A stretch of DNA of 62,251 nt from a virus (IMGVR_UViG_3300047409_000596:1-62251), one strand, 5' to 3'; counted from the stretch's first letter, positions 28,001 to 36,852 are shown. Notes: generated from the letters alone by a model not told the origin. Translations and numbers: made by a program.

Positions 28001-29357
28001 CGTTCAGTTGCTTCAGCGTCAGCGACAGCTGCCGGGTGATCTTCTCGGGCAGGAAGATGTCCTGCCACGTCTCGCCCGTCTTCGGCAGGAACTCGCCGGA
28101 CAGGGCGAACGCTTCGCCCTTGAGGTAGTTGTGCCGCTCCTTCGTCGCCGTCCAGGTCTTGTCCAGCAAATCAAGACCCCGCTGCCGTTCATCGGCGCGG
28201 GTGTAGAGCGTCAGCCCCAGGCCGTACCAGGACTTCGACAGTTCGGCCACGGCGCGGAAGGGGCCTTCGAGAAAGACCAGGCCGTCGACCAGGAAGTCCC
28301 GCGTCTTCTCGCTGTTGAGTCGGATCACCTCGTAACGGGGCGGCGACTCACTGCCGCTGCCGTTGATGTTGCGGACGTCCGTCTTCTTGAAGGGCGCGGT
28401 TTCTTCTTCCCAGGCCGACAGGAAGCCGCCCAGCTTTGCGGCGGGAACATGGGTGGCCGATTCGTAGACCTCCTTGATCTGCACGCCGAGATGCCGGGCC
28501 ACGAAGTCATAAACCACGCTGGACGGCCGCAAGTCCTGATTGCTGATATCGAAAGCGGGAGAGTCGTCCTCCTGGAACTTCACCGTGGCACCATCCTTCG
28601 CACTATCGCCCGTCTGCCACAGCCTTCTACGCAGCCGGTACGGCTCCATGCCCTTGGCCAGCGGCTCCGCAATTTGCCGGCCTGCCAGGCGGTTCTTGCC
28701 CAGGACCATCGAGACGGTTTCTCGGTTGCAGGGCACGAAACACACAGCCCATTCGACCACTTCCCATTCCGTGAAGTCAAAGCCGGGGAAGTCGAAGGAC
28801 ACCTCATCGCGGCTCATACCGCCCTGTGGCTCCGCAAAGTCGAGCCGACGTGCCAGGTGAGGGATGAATCCCAGACTCGCGCCCTTCAGCACCTTGAGCG
28901 TGACCAACTCAAACGCTTGCTCACTCAGTTCCGTCGACAAGTGGAAATGGGCCGTCGAGGTGATGCGGTCCGCGGCAATATCCCACGAGAGAGGGCCCTC
29001 TCCGGGTCCGGCACTGGCAATAGGCATCTCGACTGCTTGCGTCAGATGGTTGTACGAGATGACGTTGTTGGCCCGGTAGCTGTCCAAGTATTTGCGGCAG
29101 CCGGCGGGCCGGACGACGTCGCCGCTGCGGTCCTGGGAGACGACGCTGACCGTAAACGTCGCTGTTGCCTTGCTCTCGCTGACCGCATCGACGTCGAGTC
29201 CTTCCTCGCGGTTAGGTAAGAGGACCAGGCCATCCGCCTCGCGCTGGCGGGCGAAGCGGGACGCACGGGACAGGGCGGGGTGGGCGAGGTCGCCCGAACG
29301 CAGGACGGCGTCCAGGCGCTTGCGGCGAAGTGCCAGAATGTCGGCGATGGCAGACAT
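25020..29357 (-). CDS. HK97-type prohead protease fused to an AAA+ ATPase and acidic domains
   Basis: DRSGDVV, YNH, GASLGF, EWAVCFVPCN (protease); GPPGTGKT, FFEDVD, TTNFP, RPGRF (AAA+). Confidence 0.85.
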   Translation of the reverse strand: MSAIADILALRRKRLDAVLRSGDLAHPALSRASRFARQREADGLVLLPNREEGLDVDAVSESKATATFTVSVVSQDRSGDVVRPAGCRKYLDSYRANNVISYNHLTQAVEMPIASAGPGEGPLSWDIAADRITSTAHFHLSTELSEQAFELVTLKVLKGASLGFIPHLARRLDFAEPQGGMSRDEVSFDFPGFDFTEWEVVEWAVCFVPCNRETVSMVLGKNRLAGRQIAEPLAKGMEPYRLRRRLWQTGDSAKDGATVKFQEDDSPAFDISNQDLRPSSVVYDFVARHLGVQIKEVYESATHVPAAKLGGFLSAWEEETAPFKKTDVRNINGSGSESPPRYEVIRLNSEKTRDFLVDGLVFLEGPFRAVAELSKSWYGLGLTLYTRADERQRGLDLLDKTWTATKERHNYLKGEAFALSGEFLPKTGETWQDIFLPEKITRQLSLTLKQLNDRQEKFANRGTIFLGPPGTGKTLSGRVLRNEVDATFVWISTADFYRSGAFGGFSYAFELARELSPTVLFFEDVDHWLDSYSVDLLKTEMDGIGRYKGVWTILTTNFPERLPEALIDRPGRFHDVLNFGLPDDAIRRAMIGKWLPELAGSDLAAAVSGTAGYSGAHVYELCHFARVLHEEEGKDFPTAVVEALEKVKEQRRLIASTSAGSGLRRRALPDQLASYAKGRTWRLLKRQGVISKGGESYFGECPRDEAGHCKPSGQGDEGGSGKEKPSTGGSGSSTSLADSAVSVIDQAREYDSISREQAVLAAMDADEDLSRDDAGTIVEELVHDGYLEESRNESGETEYRVGGGPADFYPEARDAVLAGVADAPDGELNWEAAVLYATDTEDVDRAQAEQVIDGLVNTGRLVEQGKDDEGRPIVGLPKSGQGDESGSGASAPSEEEATFGSDSPDKGASVASGFLASMESAFDGLDAGNASESAEKVDHQFEAMQAAVNEHASGFYEHFSTMLTEELGDYVEDLAPQAAEDFHEMTQALASDLNYAINQARESFLAYANAVEEGEDDEVQDSLINEFRSNLEACQEAAAEFPRLMQERFDEAHDTAFAEAPEQEEEKRMGAVELKAGLARRREERARKRREKQGEQSPPAAQQQPGQQQQEQQPAPANGEAIQAVLCPKATYATPEEAASYVQQTGLDASDMEDAGDAWAFIQFEPADCQPETARREALDDGCEVVYCTQTSNPKSEKPNEEAPPAASNGEVKNVAGKNGTCARCADKSAISENGLLKFVTTLIDLLPAKVKSAVERATRKEITNIIKSHDRHETLAQRQLTAFGKVGDDEKTLARLKDLSEAAAATGGSLTDKPQSGKDDAQQDKGCPPGVTMTKAIKAAIDEHGPMQEHPPIVKAIKQTVGVWRKASADYREHDFGWPKEEGESQDQDGDGDKPDKDGDGEKPDEDDKEKEREEKLLSDALAKLNGAFDRTAGEFFKLTGTRI

Positions 29358-29404
29358 GGGAGTACAAGGTAGCGAAGATGCCGCCGGCGTGGCAAACGGA
29401 CGGG

Positions 29405-32400
29405 TCAGTCCTCCGAACCGTTACTGGCCTCGCGCTCCTGCCAGGCCTCGTCCAGCAGTGCCTCTTCCTCCGGAGTCAGGTCGATCTCTTCGCGCTGCTC
29501 TTCCTCGGCCGGACTGTTCATGGCGACCCGACTCTTCTTCCAGTGCTTCTCAGACTTTGCCGCGGAGCCGCGCTTCGCCAGGTACGCTTCCAGTACCTGC
29601 CGTGAACGATGCCCTTCGCGCAGGTCGAAACGCGCGTCCAACAGATCAACGCCCTTCTCCTTCCAGAAGTCGCGGCCCTCCTGTGTCTCCATGATGTCCA
29701 GAACGCTTTTTGCTTTCGGGAACTTCTCGCGGACCTCTCGCATTAGCCCGGCCCCGTTTTCGACTTCCAGGGAATCAAGCGTCTGATCGTAGCCGAGCCG
29801 GGGCCACGTATAGTAGCCGTTGAAGGCGTTGGGATCGTCGTTCTCCGCGCGCGAGGCGTGGCAGCGGATAAAGGCGAAGCCGTTCTCGGCACACTGTTCA
29901 ACCTGACGTGCAAATATTTGAGTGCCCAGTCCGGTGCCGCTGGCGTTGATCTTGATGTACTCGTTTTCGCACACCAGCTCGCCGGCGTCGGTGCGCTTCA
30001 AAACCCGCTGCGCCGTGTAGCCGTTGCCCCTGAACGTGACGCGCAGCGATTCAGGATCAGCGGCTACCACGTTCACGGTTGCATCATCGGGCGCGCCGAC
30101 CAGCGAAGCGAAAGGAACGTCGTCAAGGCGGACGTCCTTGCCGAACACTTCCTTTGCTGCCCTTTCAACCGATTCGCGACGGCCAATCTCCACCTTCGCC
30201 TTGCTCGGTCCCAGCTTGCCCGGCTTCTTTCCGGCGGCCGGCTTGTCCGCAACCGTTGTGCTCCCACCGCCCCCGCCTCCTGACGTGAACTGTCCGCCCC
30301 CCTCGCCCGCGGGCTTGTGCTCGTGGCCGGAAGCATCGGCGGTCTTGCGGCGCGGACGCCGCACGGACTTCTTGCCCCCGGGTCGCTCGAAGCCGGGTGC
30401 GTCGGGCTCGTCGGGGTACTCCGGCTCGTCGGGCTGTTCGGGCTCATCAGGGTAGTCGGGCTCGTCTGGTTCAGCCGGGAAGTCGTAGCGTTCGCCGTCG
30501 TCCTTTTCCGGTTCGGTATCGTCCTGCTCTTCATTCTCGATTCGCTTGTCGAGGCGTTCAATCAGGTCGTCGCTGAACGCCTCTGCCTTTTCCTGGAAAG
30601 ACCCCCAGACCGTCTCACACTTTTCCAAAGCCGTATTCACCTTTTCTTCCACGGCATAGGTTCGCTCTTCCTCCTCCTGATTGCGATCGTACGCCGCATC
30701 GTACCTGGCCTGCCATACCTCCCTTTCCCGGTCGTAGCGAGCCTCGTCTTCGGGGTTGTCATCCTCAAACCCTTCGGGCTCTTCAGCCAGCAGTTGCTGT
30801 TCAGCCTTATCCGCTTTTTCCCACTTCTCCAGGGCCGCGTTGTGCTTTTCAACGGCGGCCAGCCAGCGGACGTTTACTTTTGCGATCGCCTCCGGGGCCC
30901 TGGCCGTGATGCTGTCCAGCTTTACCAGGTCCTCGTCCGTTGCTCCGATGGCGCGAAGTCTATCACCGACCAGGCCAGTAGAACCGAACACAGAGGTAAA
31001 GGCGTTTGGCTCCGACTCGGCATAGGCTTTCGCCTCGGCAAGATAGCGCTCCCGCTCTTCGGTGTTCGACTGCGGATTACTTGTGTCGAAGGGTGCCTTG
31101 GCATCCTGCGCAGTTTGTTCATCCTTGTGCCACGATCTCAATCTCTCGTCCTTGATAAGACCAACCCGCCTGGCGCGGTCCTCATCCCGCTCGTTCCAGG
31201 CGGCAACGTCCGCCTTGAAACGCGCATCAACGACCGCATAGGCTTCTTGCCAGGCGTCGTAATCGTCTGCATAACGAGCCCGCAGCCGCTCCGTGTCCTC
31301 TTCCCAGCGCACGTACTCGCGGTCGTACTCCGCTTTCTCCTTGTCGTACGCAGCCTGGATTTCATCAGTCTCCTTCTCCCAGGCCGCGTGTTCCTCGTCG
31401 TAAGCCTGCCAGTCGGCCGCGCTGTCGTCAGTCTCCTCTTCCTCTTCTTCTTCCTCTTCTTCGGGCTCCGGCGTGTCCTGTTCTTCCTCGTCGTCCTCTT
31501 GCCCACCGCCGCCGCCATCCGACGTGAACTGTCCACCCCCGGGGCCGGCCGGCTTGTGCTCGTGGCCGGAAGCATCAGCGGTCTTCAGCAGGACGGAATC
31601 GATCAGCGAGGCCGCCAGCCGGCCGTTGCCCGACCCCGCGCCGGCTGTGCCGGCTGTAGCCCCGTTAGCGGCGACACGCCCGCCAGGGACACCGTTTGAC
31701 CCGGGCAATGCTACGCGTCCGTTGCTTCCCGGCAACGCTCCGGCAGGTTGCGGGGGAGGCGTGTCGCCCGGAAACACGGCCGGCTGAAGACTGCTCGGGA
31801 TGAGCGGTCGATCACCCCAATCCTCGAACGGCGTCAGACCGCGGCGGCTGCGGATCTCGTTGGGCGTCACGGCGCCGGCCCGAAAGTCCGTGTTGATGTC
31901 CTCGTTGACCTGCTTGGGGTCGTCAGGCGTCGGATCCTCGTGCCAGATCCGAAGGGGCGGGTCGTACAGCACGCCAACGCGCCGAGAGAGCATCGAGCCC
32001 AGCGACTTCAGCCGCGGCGAGATCACAAAACGGCAGAAGAACCGCAGGGGCGCATACCAGCTCAGGTCCGTACCGATCGGCTGCGTACCCGTCAGCTCCT
32101 TGGGCACCCGCAACATGGACAGGACAAACGCCTGCATCTGTTCGGCACTGTCGAAGTACCCCATCTCTTCCGGACTGAAGCTGATCTTCGACACCTTCCC
32201 GCCGTTGCGGGTCACGATCGGCAGGCCATGCTTGTCCACGCCCTCGAAGCGCGCCCGCAGCTTGGCGTAGATACGGTCCATCTCGGCATCGTCCGCAACC
32301 CCTTCGTCCTCGGACAGTTCGATGTGCAGCCCCGGTTGCATTCCGCGGTTGAAGTGACTCCAGCGCGAGGTGTTGATCGCCTCGCTGACGTCGATGATCT

Positions 32401-33097
32401 CGGCGCCAGCCGTCAAGGGACTGTAGCCGTCGACCTTGTGCAGCGGATGCTTCTCGCGGAAATGAATCATCTCCTCGACAGGGATCATATACTCGCCGGT
32501 GCCGCCGGTGATCCCGTAGGGCGCCAGCCAAAAGCCGTCTACCAGCCGATCTTTCCCCGGGACAGCGCGGACCCACTGAGACGGAAGGACCCACATCTCG
32601 CACGGCAGTCCCGCCCCGTTGAACGGAGTCCACAGGTATCCATTGCCAGTGAGGCAGAGGAAGAGTTCCAGCTCGAAGTAGATGTCTTCCAGCGAGTCGT
32701 AAGGGTTAGGGCATTTCAGCAGCTGCACCAGCGGGTGGTCGTTCTCGGCCGGGTGCAGCTCCTCGTGGGGCCGCGGACGATTCACGGCCTTGACGCGGGC
32801 GCGCAGCGTGTGCGCGTTGACGAGGGCCACGCGGGAAGACGATTGCTCGTGGACGTAGTCGACGTGGGGCTCGTGGCGGGCCATCTCATGGGCGCGGGCC
32901 TGGATTCCAGAGTAGACGAATCCGCGATAATGGCGGGCCTGCTCCGAACGGTCTTGCGACCAGTTGCCCAGCCAGCCGTAGGGACTTGCGGAGGACATGC
33001 CGCCGATGAGCCGTTCGCCGCGCGAGCGCCGGGCGGCGAGGCGGGAAGCGGACCGTTTGCGAAGTGCCTCACGGAGGCGAAGGTCGACGATGCCCAT
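29405..33097 (-). CDS. HK97-family portal with long C-terminal extension (acidic coiled coil plus GNAT-like domain)
   Basis: HPLVQLLKCPNP, LTGNGY, EMIHFR, GYSPL, TPNEIR; C-terminal GTGLGTQIF and NGYYTWPRLGYD. Confidence 0.88.
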   Translation of the reverse strand: MGIVDLRLREALRKRSASRLAARRSRGERLIGGMSSASPYGWLGNWSQDRSEQARHYRGFVYSGIQARAHEMARHEPHVDYVHEQSSSRVALVNAHTLRARVKAVNRPRPHEELHPAENDHPLVQLLKCPNPYDSLEDIYFELELFLCLTGNGYLWTPFNGAGLPCEMWVLPSQWVRAVPGKDRLVDGFWLAPYGITGGTGEYMIPVEEMIHFREKHPLHKVDGYSPLTAGAEIIDVSEAINTSRWSHFNRGMQPGLHIELSEDEGVADDAEMDRIYAKLRARFEGVDKHGLPIVTRNGGKVSKISFSPEEMGYFDSAEQMQAFVLSMLRVPKELTGTQPIGTDLSWYAPLRFFCRFVISPRLKSLGSMLSRRVGVLYDPPLRIWHEDPTPDDPKQVNEDINTDFRAGAVTPNEIRSRRGLTPFEDWGDRPLIPSSLQPAVFPGDTPPPQPAGALPGSNGRVALPGSNGVPGGRVAANGATAGTAGAGSGNGRLAASLIDSVLLKTADASGHEHKPAGPGGGQFTSDGGGGGQEDDEEEQDTPEPEEEEEEEEEETDDSAADWQAYDEEHAAWEKETDEIQAAYDKEKAEYDREYVRWEEDTERLRARYADDYDAWQEAYAVVDARFKADVAAWNERDEDRARRVGLIKDERLRSWHKDEQTAQDAKAPFDTSNPQSNTEERERYLAEAKAYAESEPNAFTSVFGSTGLVGDRLRAIGATDEDLVKLDSITARAPEAIAKVNVRWLAAVEKHNAALEKWEKADKAEQQLLAEEPEGFEDDNPEDEARYDREREVWQARYDAAYDRNQEEEERTYAVEEKVNTALEKCETVWGSFQEKAEAFSDDLIERLDKRIENEEQDDTEPEKDDGERYDFPAEPDEPDYPDEPEQPDEPEYPDEPDAPGFERPGGKKSVRRPRRKTADASGHEHKPAGEGGGQFTSGGGGGGSTTVADKPAAGKKPGKLGPSKAKVEIGRRESVERAAKEVFGKDVRLDDVPFASLVGAPDDATVNVVAADPESLRVTFRGNGYTAQRVLKRTDAGELVCENEYIKINASGTGLGTQIFARQVEQCAENGFAFIRCHASRAENDDPNAFNGYYTWPRLGYDQTLDSLEVENGAGLMREVREKFPKAKSVLDIMETQEGRDFWKEKGVDLLDARFDLREGHRSRQVLEAYLAKRGSAAKSEKHWKKSRVAMNSPAEEEQREEIDLTPEEEALLDEAWQEREASNGSED
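30282..31585 (-). repeat. Pair of ~65-bp direct repeats (30282-30346 and 31521-31585) encoding KTADASGHEHKPAGxGGGQFTS
   Basis: Near-identical at both nucleotide and peptide level. Confidence 0.9.
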
Positions 33098-33172
33098 CCC
33101 GGCATTGTGGCCGGAATGGCGGGGGACGGGCAAACGAGGGATCAGAGGACGGGTTGGCTGACGATGTTCATC

Positions 33173-33469
33173 TCAGTTCCTGGCCGGGTGGATCTTCTGC
33201 CAGCAGTCCTCGCACACCACAAAATCACACTCTTCAAGAGACACCGGGCCAAAGTGACTTTCCCTCTCTGTCACGGCGTCTTCGTCCGAGCGGCCCTTCT
33301 CGAAAACACCATGACAGAAGGCACAGGTGAATTCGTTTGGACTCGGAGCAGGTGTCGCCTCGGCCGCAATGACAGGCTGAAGCAGGTTCATTGACCCGCG
33401 CCAGCGGCACAGCGCACTGTGGCCGAACGTTGCGCCACAATGGGGACAGGGTTCGTTCGGTTTGTTCAT
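33173..33469 (-). CDS. Small Cys-rich protein
   Basis: CPHC, CAFC, CEDC motifs. Confidence 0.55.
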   Translation of the reverse strand: MNKPNEPCPHCGATFGHSALCRWRGSMNLLQPVIAAEATPAPSPNEFTCAFCHGVFEKGRSDEDAVTERESHFGPVSLEECDFVVCEDCWQKIHPARN

Positions 33470-33488
33470 ACCCTCATCCTATCCCTTC

Positions 33489-34811
33489 TCAAACCCCGAT
33501 CCATGCCCGCTTCCGGTTTTTCTTCAGCACACTCACGACGTAGCGCATCGCGTCCGCGCAATGAAACGAGTGCGGGTCTTCCAGTTTGTCCGTAGGCTCG
33601 CCTCGTTCGTCCAGTTCATAGCTGTACGTCTCCAGTTCATTCCGCAGCTCGGTCAGATCGTCGAACACCAGGATCTGATTGAGCCGAAACGCCGCGTACA
33701 CGCGGTCAATGCCCGGCTCCACCCGGTCCAGGTCCGGCTCTTTCACCGGCAAGCCCGCGGCTTTGAAGGCGTCCCGCCAGCCCTGTTCGATGCGGGGGGC
33801 TCCCCCCACGGCGGTCGGAATGCCGCGTTCACCCTTGAGCAACTCCTTGACGTGTTCAGCCGAACTGCGGTTGCCGGCGTGGTACTCGCGATAGGCGTAC
33901 ACGCGGCCCGTGGGCAGCTTGGGACCGCCGAGGCCGTCATGGGGTTCGGCCATCTCCTCGGCGAAAAACACGGCGGCCGTGTTGACCGGACCGAAGTCGA
34001 GGCCCACCCAACGGGGCCAGTCAGAGGGCAGGGGGAAGCGAGGGACGACGTGCAGGGCGGAATCGAAGCAGTCGTAGACCAGACCGGGCGGGCGGGTGAA
34101 GAGGCCCTCGTAGGCCATGCTGAACTTCCAAGGGGGCATTGTCTTCTTGGCACGGTCCCACTCCGCGCGGGGAAAGGAGGGGTTGTCAATGGACCGAAAG
34201 TTGATGATGTCGATGTAAGGGTGGTTCTTTTTGGCCTGCTCCCAGAGATCGTAGAGCTTCTGCTTGATCCAGCCCAGATCATAGGGCCGAGTGGTCAACA
34301 GACACCGACCCTCGTTCAGAGAAAGACGGCCCTGAATGGCATCCCAGGAAGCGGCGCGGAACCCCTTCTGACCGGCCTCATCCAGCCAGGCGGCTTTGAG
34401 CGTGGCCGATTCGAGCGAGTCGGGATCGCCAGCATGACCGAGGAACACCTGGACTGGATCCAAAGGGACGTAGCCGAAGAGCCGTTTGCATCCTTTGGGA
34501 CTGAACGTGAAACAGTTCTTGGGGTGGCCGGAGAACTCGCCCAGCTTGAAAACCCGCTTGAAAAGGCGAAGGAACTCGGGCAGCACCTTCTTCTGCATCA
34601 GGGGGTAAGTCGGCGAGGCGATGAGGTAATCGCCGGGGCCACAGGCGCGGATCTCGTTCAGCATCCAGGGGGGGCCGATAACGGTCTTGCCGGATTGCCA
34701 GCCGGCCAGGACGAGGACGAACCGCTTCGTACTCTCCAGGGCCCGCCGCTGGCCGCGGTGAATCGCCATCTCGAAGTAGCCGTCAGGGGCCTGTCGCGTC
34801 TGTTCCAGCAT
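33489..34811 (-). CDS. terL: Terminase large subunit
   Basis: AGWQSGKT Walker A, AWLDEAG Walker B, GLDFG and HCADAMRY nuclease motifs. Confidence 0.93.
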   Translation of the reverse strand: MLEQTRQAPDGYFEMAIHRGQRRALESTKRFVLVLAGWQSGKTVIGPPWMLNEIRACGPGDYLIASPTYPLMQKKVLPEFLRLFKRVFKLGEFSGHPKNCFTFSPKGCKRLFGYVPLDPVQVFLGHAGDPDSLESATLKAAWLDEAGQKGFRAASWDAIQGRLSLNEGRCLLTTRPYDLGWIKQKLYDLWEQAKKNHPYIDIINFRSIDNPSFPRAEWDRAKKTMPPWKFSMAYEGLFTRPPGLVYDCFDSALHVVPRFPLPSDWPRWVGLDFGPVNTAAVFFAEEMAEPHDGLGGPKLPTGRVYAYREYHAGNRSSAEHVKELLKGERGIPTAVGGAPRIEQGWRDAFKAAGLPVKEPDLDRVEPGIDRVYAAFRLNQILVFDDLTELRNELETYSYELDERGEPTDKLEDPHSFHCADAMRYVVSVLKKNRKRAWIGV

Positions 34812-35106
34812 CGTCCGCCGAGGGAAGGGAGTTGACGAAGCGAATGCCCAGGGGGATCTCGCCGCCGTCCGGGCCACTCACGCTGGCTGCACTGAGCCGC
34901 GGGTGGATGTACGGGGCGGCGTCCTTGGCGATGGCGGCCGCGTCGTCGAACCGCTTCTTGTCGTAATGGTCGCGCATCACGGCGAGCATCACTTCGAGAG
35001 GGGTGATGCCCTGTTCGGCGGCGGCACGGGCGAGCTCCCGTTCCTTGCTCGTCTTGCTGCCCGCCTTGCGGCCGGCGCCGTCACGTTTGCCGCCGTGCCC
35101 GTTCAT
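34783..35106 (-). CDS. terS: Terminase small subunit
   Basis: GGKRDGAGRKAGSK, TPLEVML, AKDAAPYIHPRL; upstream of terL. Confidence 0.85.
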   Translation of the reverse strand: MNGHGGKRDGAGRKAGSKTSKERELARAAAEQGITPLEVMLAVMRDHYDKKRFDDAAAIAKDAAPYIHPRLSAASVSGPDGGEIPLGIRFVNSLPSADDAGTDATGP

Positions 35107-35274
35107 GATTTGATTGTAGCTTGGTTAAGAATCAAAGCGGAACGAACGACCCCACCCTCCCCAAGATCGACTTCGCCGCAAGGCGACAGTCAATAGTCTC
35201 CGCGCCTCTCTCCGTAGTAGTCGTACTACGTCCCAAGAGAGTTAACGTATCCGCAGATGTTTTTCGTACAGGAG

Positions 35275-35775
35275 TTACCCGACTGCGGACAGGGCTCCCG
35301 GGGCGAGGACGTAGCGTTTTCGTTGGCCGGCAAGGCCGTGTGATTCGACCAGTCCGAGGCGGCGCAGGCGCCCGAGGTAGTGCCGGCCGTTACTGCGCAG
35401 GTGGCGGACACCCAGCTGTTCGGCCATCTGCGGCCGGGTCAGGGGCCTGCCCTCCTCGCGCAGCAAGGCGAGGATGTCCGACTCGCGGTGTCTCAGGATC
35501 AGGTCCGGCAGCAGGTGGCCGAAGCCCTGGTGCATCTGGTGGACCCGGCGGCGGTGCCAGACGTCCGGTGATTTTAGCGGCACGCACTCGCCGTCCTGGG
35601 CCACGCGATCATCCTCGTGCAGGTGGTAGTGGACCTGCCGGCGGGTGAATGTCTGGCCGGGGTGCATCTGCATCAGCTGCCGGGCGATGGCCGCATGGGA
35701 CAGGCCGCGGGCGGCGAGACGTTCAAGGTCTTGCCGCCAAGGGCCTGCCCGTGCGTAGCTGATGCGTGCCCACAT
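35275..35775 (-). CDS. Putative HTH transcription regulator (late activator candidate)
   Basis: GLSHAAIARQL and LTRPQMAEQLG helices; start uncertain. Confidence 0.5.
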   Translation of the reverse strand: MWARISYARAGPWRQDLERLAARGLSHAAIARQLMQMHPGQTFTRRQVHYHLHEDDRVAQDGECVPLKSPDVWHRRRVHQMHQGFGHLLPDLILRHRESDILALLREEGRPLTRPQMAEQLGVRHLRSNGRHYLGRLRRLGLVESHGLAGQRKRYVLAPGALSAVG

Positions 35776-36010
35776 GCAGGAGATGGTAGCGATCAGTCGG
35801 GCGGGAGGTCTAACGGCGCGTCCCGCTCCCGCGTGAACAGGGCCGGTTCGGACTCCTTCAACACATGCCCCGGCGAGTCGTTCCGCTCTGCCCACAGCCG
35901 GGCCAACTCCTCCTGGCAAAGGCGTTGCAGGGCCTGGAGCGTGGCGATCCGCTCCGCGTCGTCCAGCTGCGGAATCAGCCACAGCAGCAGTTCGGCACGC
36001 TGTTCCGGTG

Positions 36011-36259
36011 TCATCGCTCACCCACCTTCTTCCGCAATTCGAGCACCTCTCGGATCAGGCGCGGGGCCAGTTCTCGCGCGAGAGTGAGCGCGTGGGCGTC
36101 CGCATGAGCCCTTGCCTTGTCGGCCGTTTCGGGACTCAGGCCTGCCTTGAACAGGGAGGCTTCGCCGCGATCGCCGGGCCGTTCCCAGACCACCAGACCG
36201 GCGATCGGGTTCATGGCCTCGATCTGCGTGAGGGCCGCCAGGAGTCCGTCGTTACTCAT
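36011..36259 (-). CDS. Hypothetical protein
   Basis: ATGA coupling with the mom-like gene; LIREVLELR motif. Confidence 0.55.
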   Translation of the reverse strand: MSNDGLLAALTQIEAMNPIAGLVVWERPGDRGEASLFKAGLSPETADKARAHADAHALTLARELAPRLIREVLELRKKVGER

Positions 36260-36852
36260 CGCTCGCTCTCCCCCTCGGCCCGGACGTTGACCGGGATGGC
36301 AGACAGATGTTTCTCCCACCGCTGCTTTACAGCGGCGCTCTGTGAAGGTACACGCTGACGATTCGGGCGCACCCAATCATTTGCCGCCCGGGAAGTTGCG
36401 ATCCAGCCAGCCGCTCGATAGATGGTTCCGGAATGAACCTCGGTATCTTGATAGGACACGAGGACGCGGATTTTCGGAAGCCGTTTCCGTATGTCCCGAA
36501 CCATCCAGCCAAGCATTCTGCTTGCAGTGTTTTTTGGTGCGTCAGGAGCAATGGCAAGGCGCCTCAGTTCCAGCCAGGTATCCTGTGGCAATAGCCTCGC
36601 TATGGGATTCGTCCAAACTGCCGTCGCATAGAACAGTCCCTTGTACTCTGCCACATAGCAGACAGAATGTACGGTTCGCAAGACGTTGGATTTTTTGAGC
36701 ACCGGGAGACGAGAATGCCACAGGCGGTTGAGATCGCAAGCCGTCTGCACTTCCACGGGACGGAAGAACAATTGGAGCGCCGAGGTCGGACTCGAACCGC
36801 CCCCTTCAGCTTGGAATAGCGGATATGCCACCCGTACACCATCGGCGCCCAT
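36256..36852 (-). CDS. mom: Mom-family (GNAT-fold) DNA adenine-modification enzyme
   Basis: LELRRL...PKNTASR...LVSYQD..HSGTIYRAAGW matches the Mom-like motif set. Confidence 0.75.
   Translation of the reverse strand: MGADGVRVAYPLFQAEGGGSSPTSALQLFFRPVEVQTACDLNRLWHSRLPVLKKSNVLRTVHSVCYVAEYKGLFYATAVWTNPIARLLPQDTWLELRRLAIAPDAPKNTASRMLGWMVRDIRKRLPKIRVLVSYQDTEVHSGTIYRAAGWIATSRAANDWVRPNRQRVPSQSAAVKQRWEKHLSAIPVNVRAEGESER
36773..36848 (-). tRNA. tRNA-Gly(UCC)-like cloverleaf inside the 5' end of the mom-like CDS
   Basis: 76 nt: GCGCCGA/UCGGCGC acceptor, U73, CCA, D-arm, UCC in an 8-nt loop, GGCGG-UUCGAGU-CCG(A)CC T-arm. Confidence 0.75.

Noticed and set aside
27507-29219. Long plus-strand ORFs (e.g. 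27507..29219, 31748..33394, 41240..43036, 19841..21190, 23558..24844)
   Set aside because: Antisense shadows of well-supported minus-strand genes in high-GC DNA, with no motifs of their own.
30282-31585. Direct repeats as a DGR template/variable pair
   Set aside because: No reverse transcriptase in the window, and differences are mostly synonymous rather than adenine-specific.
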